Origin: Ferroglobus placidus DSM 10642
GTDB taxonomy: Archaea > Halobacteriota > Archaeoglobi > Archaeoglobales > Archaeoglobaceae
Reading direction: 5' to 3'
Assembly: GCF_000025505.1 (NCBI RefSeq)
Contig: NC_013849.1
Location: forward strand, 600,001-632,000
DNA length: 32,000 bases
How positions within the stretch are numbered: the first letter of the stretch is position 1; each line of letters begins with the position of its first letter. The notes under the pieces were generated by a model that did not search any database, had not been told where the DNA came from, and saw nothing but the letters and a program-made list of their open reading frames with translations. Shown here piece by piece: positions 26,526-32,000 of this stretch. The translations under genes and the position numbers were made by a program.

Positions 26526-27318
26526 GAAATCCCCTCCTGAGTAAAGCGGCTACGCTTACAGCAGCGGTAAATATCACGACGGTTTCTCCAAGCGTATCGT
26601 AACCTCTGTAATCAGCCAAACCGGCAGTTACCATGTTGGGAGTGTTCATCTCCTCTTCGCACTTTTCCTGCCACCTCACCGGAATTGAGTATCTGTAAAC
26701 TTTCAGAATCTCGCCCTCTTTTTTGATGAAGTAGAGCTTTTCAAATCCGGGGAAAAACGTCTCGTTCTTCTTAATTAAAACGTCCCAACCTTCTTCTTTC
26801 TCGTTCCAGACGATTTTGTACTCTCTGAGGGAGGGAAAGTTGTTCCCTTCGTTGTAACCGAGTAAGTAAATTCCGCTCTTAATCTCCTCTGGAAGCTCTT
26901 CGGCTTTCAGCTTCTCGGACAAGCCGTTGTCTTTCACTTCTAAAATTTCTATTCTCTTGTTAGCCGGCGAATTGTAATCGCCAAAAGGCGGCATATCTTC
27001 GATTACGTAGAAAAAGAGTCCTGCAAGCATCACCACAGCTAATGCACCGATCACAACTTTTACCGCTCTCCTCTTTCCGGTGTCGTACCTCTGAAGCTTT
27101 GTCAAGCTTGCCACCATCAACGCTGTTGAAGCGCCAGCCCCGATTGCAGCTTCGGTAAACCCGACGTCAACTGCGTTCATCTGAACGTATATGCAAGCCA
27201 TTACGAAAGTGTAAGTTCCCAAGATCGCTATCGACGCTAACAAATCCCTAACTAACAAAGCGGAAATGGCGGAAACTACGAGGAAAATTATCAGAGCAAC
27301 GTCAAGCGGAACTATCAT
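26518..27318 (-). CDS. Fused MbhD-MbhE/MrpA-C-terminal-like subunit with inserted hydrophilic segment
   Basis: N-terminal DUF4040-like VGFTEAAIGAGASTALMVASL, C-terminal PNMVTAGLADYRGYDTLGETVVIFTAAVS, separated by about 100 hydrophilic residues. Confidence 0.88.
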   Translation of the reverse strand: MIVPLDVALIIFLVVSAISALLVRDLLASIAILGTYTFVMACIYVQMNAVDVGFTEAAIGAGASTALMVASLTKLQRYDTGKRRAVKVVIGALAVVMLAGLFFYVIEDMPPFGDYNSPANKRIEILEVKDNGLSEKLKAEELPEEIKSGIYLLGYNEGNNFPSLREYKIVWNEKEEGWDVLIKKNETFFPGFEKLYFIKKEGEILKVYRYSIPVRWQEKCEEEMNTPNMVTAGLADYRGYDTLGETVVIFTAAVSVAALLRRGFLE

Positions 27319-27853
27319 GCTGACCCTCCATGAAAACGTAAGCGAGTTTTCTCTGCATCGTCTGATCCACCACGAACGACTTAGCGAGCTTTCTGTCTAT
27401 GGCGTGAACTACGAACTTCCCTCTTTCCGGCTCTACCATTATGGTGATGGTTCCCGGCGTTAGCGTTATCGAGTTAGCCATAAAAGTTAGTGCTAAGTCG
27501 CTCCTCAGGGGAGTTTCGAATTCCACTACCACAGGATCTAATGGCATCTTAGGATGTAGCGCTCTGTAAGCGACGTCGAGGTTAGCTAAAACGATCTGCC
27601 AGAGTTCCCAGATTACGTAGGGTATCGCTCTCAAAAGCTTTACGTACCACCTTTTACTCAAATCGAAAATTACCCTCCTTGAAAGATAGGTTGTTAGAGC
27701 AGCAGCTGCTATTCCCTGAGAGATGTGTATCGCATCAAATTTCCCGGGGGTGTCAGGATAAATCTGCCAAGCTGAGAGGAGGATCCAGAATATGAACATT
27801 ACGATGAAAGTCAGAGCGTAGGAGAGTTTTCTGCTTGCTCTTCCTTCTTCCAC
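27302..27853 (-). CDS. Antiporter subunit MrpE
   Basis: PYVIWELWQIVLANLDVAYRAL...MANSITLTPGTITI. Confidence 0.92.
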   Translation of the reverse strand: MEEGRASRKLSYALTFIVMFIFWILLSAWQIYPDTPGKFDAIHISQGIAAAALTTYLSRRVIFDLSKRWYVKLLRAIPYVIWELWQIVLANLDVAYRALHPKMPLDPVVVEFETPLRSDLALTFMANSITLTPGTITIMVEPERGKFVVHAIDRKLAKSFVVDQTMQRKLAYVFMEGQHDSSA

Positions 27854-28140
27854 ATTCTCACCCCGGTAACGTATGCTGCTTTAATCAACGCATGAGTTCC
27901 GACGGGATTTGCGAGGAAGATGAAGAAGGAGAGAAAGAAAAGCTTTACAGTAAGGAATGAAAATCCCTGATAAATCATGAAGCCGAGTATTATCAGAACT
28001 TCTCCGAGAGTGTCACATTTTCCGGCTGCGTGTAATCTTGTGTAGAAGTCCGGAAATCGTATTATTCCTATAGCTCCGGAGATCATGAAAAAGCATCCTG
28101 CGAACATGAAAATAGCCGAAACTACGTGTACGGCTTCCAT
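27811..28140 (-). CDS. Antiporter subunit MrpG
   Basis: GAIGIIRFPDFYTRLHAAGKCDTLGEVLIILGFMIY. Confidence 0.93.
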   Translation of the reverse strand: MEAVHVVSAIFMFAGCFFMISGAIGIIRFPDFYTRLHAAGKCDTLGEVLIILGFMIYQGFSFLTVKLFFLSFFIFLANPVGTHALIKAAYVTGVRMWKKEEQAENSPTL

Positions 28141-28430
28141 AACTCCCCCCTCTCGATGTATTTGGCAACGATTAAAGTTCCTACGAAGTTAAGCATCGCG
28201 TAGGTTAATGGAATGTCGACGAAAATCGGTCTTTCGAAGAGGTAACCGATGACGACGAGCAGAACAACGACTTTCGTTCCTATAACGCTCGTAGCCATCA
28301 CCCTATCGAGAGTTGTCGGACCTTTTACGACTCTGTACATCGTCATCAAAATCGAGATCGTAATCAAAATACCTACAGCCAGAAAAACATCAGTGATCTC
28401 CATATGTGGTTTTAGCAATAAAAACGGCAT
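28122..28430 (-). CDS. Antiporter subunit MrpF
   Basis: YRVVKGPTTLDRVMATSVIGTKVVVLLVVIGY...FVDIPLTYAMLNFVGTLIVAKYIERG. Confidence 0.93.
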   Translation of the reverse strand: MPFLLLKPHMEITDVFLAVGILITISILMTMYRVVKGPTTLDRVMATSVIGTKVVVLLVVIGYLFERPIFVDIPLTYAMLNFVGTLIVAKYIERGELWKPYT

Positions 28431-28495
28431 AAATAAATTACTGAAAATAGTGAGAACGAGTAAAGTTTTTAATTTTCAATCACAACGAAGCTGGT

Positions 28496-29413
28496 ATGAA
28501 ACATGTGCTATCGATAACCGATTTAAAAAAAGAAGAAATTATTGAAATTCTCGACTTAGCCGACAAGCTAAAAGAGGAAAGGAGGAAAGGAATCTTAAAA
28601 GAATATTTGAAAAATAAAACTCTCGGGATGATTTTTGAGCTTCCCTCAACGAGAACGAGAGTAAGCTTCGAAGTGGCGATGAACGATTGCGGAGGCTACG
28701 CTATTTACATGAACTGGAACGACCTCCAGCTTGGGAGGGGTGAAACTATCGCTGACACAGCCAGAACTTTGTCGAGATACGTTCATGCGGTTATGATGCG
28801 AGTGAGAAGGCACGAAACTCTCGTGGAATTTGCGAAGTTCAGCTCCGTTCCGGTGATAAACGGATTGAGCAATCTTGAGCATCCCTGCCAGATTCTCGCA
28901 GACTTGCAAACGATAAGAGAGAAAAAAGGGAGTTTAAATGTAAAGGTGGCTTGGGTTGGAGACGGAAACAACGTTTGCAACTCGCTGCTTTTAGCTTCGG
29001 CTATTATCGGCTTTGAGATGAAATTAGCGATTCCAGAAGGTTTCGATCCGCCAGATGAGATTTTGAAGAAAGCCGAAGAGCTTGGGGGAAGGTTTGAGAT
29101 ACTTAGAGATCCGAAAGAAGCTGTTAGGGGAGCTGACGTAATATACACTGATGTATGGGCATCCATGGGGCAAGAGGAGGAGAGGGAAAGAAGGCTAAAA
29201 ATTTTTAGACCCTACCAAGTTAACATGGAATTGGTTGGCGAAGCGAAAGAAGATGTGATAGTCATGCATTGTTTGCCGGCACACAGAGGAGAAGAGATAA
29301 CCGACGAAGTCATCGATAGCGAGTATTCCGTTGTTTTCGATCAGGCTGAGAATAGGTTGCACGCTCAAAAAGCTCTGCTTCTCAAACTCATTGGTGGTAG
29401 TGATGTGGGATAA
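28496..29413 (+). CDS. argF: Ornithine carbamoyltransferase
   Basis: [59 protein letters not shown]. Confidence 0.95.
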   Translation: MKHVLSITDLKKEEIIEILDLADKLKEERRKGILKEYLKNKTLGMIFELPSTRTRVSFEVAMNDCGGYAIYMNWNDLQLGRGETIADTARTLSRYVHAVMMRVRRHETLVEFAKFSSVPVINGLSNLEHPCQILADLQTIREKKGSLNVKVAWVGDGNNVCNSLLLASAIIGFEMKLAIPEGFDPPDEILKKAEELGGRFEILRDPKEAVRGADVIYTDVWASMGQEEERERRLKIFRPYQVNMELVGEAKEDVIVMHCLPAHRGEEITDEVIDSEYSVVFDQAENRLHAQKALLLKLIGGSDVG

Positions 29414-30173
29414 AGTTGCGGAAAGAATTGAAGAGTTTATAAGAAAGAAGGTTGACGAAGCGAAAGCTAACGGCGTTGTTGTTGGAGTGAGCGGAGGAGT
29501 TGATAGTGCCACAGTAGCTTTCCTCTCTGCGAGAGCACTCGGAAAGGATAGGGTTCTTGGAGTTATAATGCCGGAAAAAGGAGTTACTCCAGAAGAGGAC
29601 ATTGAGGACGCTGCGGAAGTTTGCAGAATTCTCGGAATCGATCACAGAGTCGTTTTCATAAACGAGATAGTCGAAAGCTTCATTTCGAAGCTTGGAAGCG
29701 ACGGAAAAGCTCTTGCGAACATAAAGCCGAGAGTCAGAATGACTATCCTTTACTTCTTCGCTAACAAGCACAATCTGCTCGTTGCCGGGACTGGAAATAA
29801 AAGCGAGCTTAGAATAGGATACTTCACGAAGTACGGTGATGGTGGAGTAGACTTTCTCCCAATAGGCGATCTTTACAAAACGGAAGTCTGGGAGCTCGCG
29901 AAATACTTGGGGGTGCCGGAGAGGATAATAAAGAAAAAACCATCCGCAAGACTCTGGAAAGGTCAAACGGATGAGGATGAGATAGGATTGAGCTACAAAA
30001 GGCTCGATAGCATTTTAAAATCCATTGAAAGCGGCGTTCCAGTAGAAAAAATACCTGAAGTGGCTGGCGTGACGAAAGAAGAAGTAGAGAGGGTTTTGAA
30101 GCTAATAGAAAGGAGCAGGCACAAAAGAGAGATGCCCCCCATCGCACCGGTTAGAGCTTTAATCGACTCTTAG
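29403..30173 (+). CDS. nadE: NAD(+) synthase
   Basis: [18 protein letters not shown]-loop, [53 protein letters not shown]. Start trimmed to ATG 29403. Confidence 0.95.
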   Translation: MWDKVAERIEEFIRKKVDEAKANGVVVGVSGGVDSATVAFLSARALGKDRVLGVIMPEKGVTPEEDIEDAAEVCRILGIDHRVVFINEIVESFISKLGSDGKALANIKPRVRMTILYFFANKHNLLVAGTGNKSELRIGYFTKYGDGGVDFLPIGDLYKTEVWELAKYLGVPERIIKKKPSARLWKGQTDEDEIGLSYKRLDSILKSIESGVPVEKIPEVAGVTKEEVERVLKLIERSRHKREMPPIAPVRALIDS

Positions 30174-30869
30174 TGTTTTTTCAAGCTTTTCAGCGTATTT
30201 TTCTGGATTGTTCAGAAATTCGAGCTTTTTCAGATCGTCCACGAGGGAGTACATTTCTTCGTCCTTCGATAGTCCGAGAATGCCCTCGAAGTCACACTTT
30301 GCGATCTCGAGCTCCGGAATTTTTCCGTATTTTTCGTTTTTCAACCATCCCTCCACTGTGTAGTAGTAGCAAGCACCCCTTCTTTCCGTGTAAGGCTCGT
30401 AAATTGACTTGAAGTTTCTGCTTACCCAGTTAGCCATTTTTAACGGCTTATCTTCTGGATTTATCGTCACATGCCCGTAATCTGGAGGGATAATAACTTT
30501 ATCTCCTTTTTCAGCAAAAACAGCCACAACCCTGCTAACCTCTATGTCCTTCTGGAGCAGATATATCGCTCTTCCTTCGAGAACTTCGTAAACTTCTGGA
30601 TAGCTAACGGAATTCGCTTTCGGATGGTAATGTCCGTAGGTTTTTATGAACTCCTTCCCGATCTTAGCTGGAGGTATGTACGTGAGATCGTATCTCAACC
30701 CGTGCTCAGCTATAGCTTCCTTGTCTTCCTTCCTTTTGTAAACGTCTCTGAACATGTAGTATGCCGGGAAATTCTTCTCTACAGCTTCAGGATATGCAAG
30801 CACCGGCTTTAAATCCTCTACCCACCTTATTTCCGCTTCGAAAACCAAGTCGCCGATTTTTATCTTCAT
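30159..30869 (-). CDS. pgi: Cupin-type archaeal glucose-6-phosphate isomerase
   Basis: GKEFIKTYGHYHPKANSVSYPEVYEVLEGRAIYLLQK...VIIPPDYGHVTINP cupin metal motifs. Confidence 0.93.
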   Translation of the reverse strand: MKIKIGDLVFEAEIRWVEDLKPVLAYPEAVEKNFPAYYMFRDVYKRKEDKEAIAEHGLRYDLTYIPPAKIGKEFIKTYGHYHPKANSVSYPEVYEVLEGRAIYLLQKDIEVSRVVAVFAEKGDKVIIPPDYGHVTINPEDKPLKMANWVSRNFKSIYEPYTERRGACYYYTVEGWLKNEKYGKIPELEIAKCDFEGILGLSKDEEMYSLVDDLKKLEFLNNPEKYAEKLEKTLRVD

Positions 30870-30972
30870 GCTTCTATTTGCTCTTCGAAGTTGGAGTTAA
30901 ATTTTTCTATTTGGTATTACAAAATAAATTTTTGTTATTATTAAGTAATATTAATCTACGATTTTTCAATAA

Positions 30973-30980
30973 CAGTTTTG
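30973..30980 (+). repeat. Left target-site duplication of the IS1-family element
   Basis: cagttttg, exact copy at 31739..31746. Confidence 0.85.
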
Positions 30981-31013
30981 GGTAATGCCTCAGTAATGTT
31001 TATATTCAATTAG

Positions 31014-31313
31014 TTGGATAAATCGGTGATGATGTGTCCGCATTGCAAATCGATAAAAACTGTGAAAATGGGCTGTTATTACACGAAATCTGGTGAGAGG
31101 AGGCAGAGATACAAATGCAAGAGCTGCGGGAGAACTTTCGTTTTGAATCCGATAAAGCCGAGGAATTATCCCGAGGAATTTAAGGAGATGGTAGTTAGAG
31201 CTGTTGTGAAGGAGGGTGTAGGGATAAGACAAGCGAGCAGAATTTTCAAGCTTTCTCCTAACACTGTGACAGCTTGGGTAAGAGAATTTTCTAAAAAAAG
31301 ACCTGAGAAATGA
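31014..31313 (+). CDS. insA: IS1-family InsA-like protein (zinc ribbon + HTH)
   Basis: CPHCKSIKTVKMGCYYTKSGERRQRYKCKSCGRTFVLNPI...EFKEMVVRAVVKEGVGIRQASRIFKLSPNTVTAWVREF. Confidence 0.88.
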   Translation: MDKSVMMCPHCKSIKTVKMGCYYTKSGERRQRYKCKSCGRTFVLNPIKPRNYPEEFKEMVVRAVVKEGVGIRQASRIFKLSPNTVTAWVREFSKKRPEK

Positions 31314-31728
31314 GATTAGATCGGAAAAGCCTGTTATCGAGTTAGATGAAGCTTGGAGTTTTGTTAAGAAAAAGGAAAACGAAATCTGGATTTGGATTGC
31401 TTTAGAGAGAAATTCCCGAAAAATAATAAGTTATGCAATAGGAGATCGTTCTGTGGATACTTTCAAGAAATTGTGGGACGGAATTGGCGATGAAATAAAG
31501 CGGAAAGCAATTTTCTACACGGATCGCTGGGACGCTTATAATTTGATTCCTTACAGGCAGAGAATCGTAAGAAGAGGAGGAACGAACCACGTTGAAAGGT
31601 TATTCTTAACTCTGAGAAATGATAATCCGAGATTCGCAAGAAAATCAATCAGATTCTCAAAATCCTCGGAAATGCTCGAAAATTCTTTTAAATTGTGGAT
31701 TCATTACTATAATTTATCAACATTATAG
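31282..31728 (+). CDS. insB: IS1-family InsB-like catalytic frame (no start of its own)
   Basis: Open from 31282: ENFLKKDLRNEIRSEKPVIELDEAWSFVKKKENEIWIWIALERNSRKIISYAIGDRS...AIFYTDRWDAYNLIP...RRGGTNHVERLFLTLRNDNPRFARKSIRFSKSSEML..., DDE catalytic motif and ends HYYNLSTL. Confidence 0.85.
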   Translation, partial: ENFLKKDLRNEIRSEKPVIELDEAWSFVKKKENEIWIWIALERNSRKIISYAIGDRSVDTFKKLWDGIGDEIKRKAIFYTDRWDAYNLIPYRQRIVRRGGTNHVERLFLTLRNDNPRFARKSIRFSKSSEMLENSFKLWIHYYNLSTL

Positions 31729-31738
31729 TGACACTACC

Positions 31739-31746
31739 CAGTTTTG
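31739..31746 (+). repeat. Right target-site duplication of the IS1-family element
   Basis: cagttttg, exact copy of 30973..30980. Confidence 0.85.
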
Positions 31747-31765
31747 ATTACAAATTAACAAAAAG

Positions 31766-31780
31766 CGAAAGCTTAAATTA
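31766..31780 (+). promoter_or_regulatory. Possible archaeal BRE/TATA element for the cdhE-like gene
   Basis: cgaaagcttaaatta, roughly 25-35 nt upstream of ATG 31803. Confidence 0.4.
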
Positions 31781-31802
31781 TTAATCTGGCGAGTTCCACT
31801 TA

Positions 31803-32000
31803 ATGGCTATAACTCCGATGGAAATTTACAAGCTGCTTCCCAAAACAAACTGCAAGAAGTGTGGAGAGCCCACCTGCATGAGTTTTGCCTTCAAAGTCAT
31901 TAACAGAGAAAAGCAAATAGAAGATTGCAAACCGCTTTTCGAGGAAGATAAGTACGCTAAGCAGAGAGAACAACTTTTGAAACTCCTCGAACCTCTAAAA
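31803..32000 (+). CDS. cdhE: Partial CO dehydrogenase/acetyl-CoA synthase corrinoid Fe-S subunit (CdhE-like)
   Basis: MAITPMEIYKLLPKTNCKKCGEPTCMSFAFKVINREKQIEDCKPLFEEDKYAKQREQLLKLLEPL..., four-cysteine N-terminal Fe-S motif, open to the window edge. Confidence 0.75.
   Translation, partial: MAITPMEIYKLLPKTNCKKCGEPTCMSFAFKVINREKQIEDCKPLFEEDKYAKQREQLLKLLEPLK

Larger units (their letters stand above)
30981..31738 (+). mobile_element. IS1-family insertion sequence, 758 bp
   Basis: Terminal inverted repeats ggtaatgcctcagtaatg (30981..30998) and the complement of 31721..31738 (ggtagtgtcactataatg; 13 of 18 identical), flanked by 8-bp target duplications, with InsA- and InsB-like frames. Confidence 0.9.

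Noticed and set aside
29388-29966. 192-aa minus-strand ORF antisense to nadE
   Set aside because: nadE is unambiguous on the other strand; the composition looks like a reverse-complement shadow.
31402-31648. Minus-strand 62- and 61-aa ORFs in the IS element
   Set aside because: Antisense shadows of the InsB catalytic frame.

Overview
Archaeal chromosomal window, probably Archaeoglobales (inferred from gene content: AMA-like AAA ATPase, cupin-type Pgi, multiheme cytochromes, CdhE-like start). It is densely packed with mostly housekeeping genes. Main blocks: (1) an RNA-processing cluster (MBL, cca, thpR) plus an AAA ATPase, hemerythrin, MoaD-like, DUF488 and HIT genes; (2) a PIN-domain toxin/antitoxin pair between trmY and a GNAT gene. 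It sits inside an apparent mini-element with a left hairpin and an IS200/IS605-type right-end hairpin, bounded by 38-nt direct repeats; (3) an isolated cas6 that appears translationally coupled to a Sir2 gene; (4) leuC, JAMM, CPA antiporter/TrkA-C and VKOR genes; (5) two divergent multiheme cytochrome c genes, one octaheme HAO-like with a PGF-CTERM-like tail and one hexaheme lipoprotein-like; (6) an acylphosphatase-like/coiled-coil protein; (7) a ten-gene Mrp/Mbh-type antiporter operon whose fused D-E subunit has an inserted hydrophilic segment; (8) argF, nadE and pgi; (9) an intact-looking IS1-family element with an 8-bp target duplication, inserted just upstream of a cdhE-like gene. The strongest hunt targets are the IS605-like-bounded toxin/antitoxin island, the unusual IS1-family frame arrangement, the cas6-sir2 junction, and the antiporter subunit insertion. 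I found no CRISPR array, tRNA or rRNA, but I could not run covariance searches.
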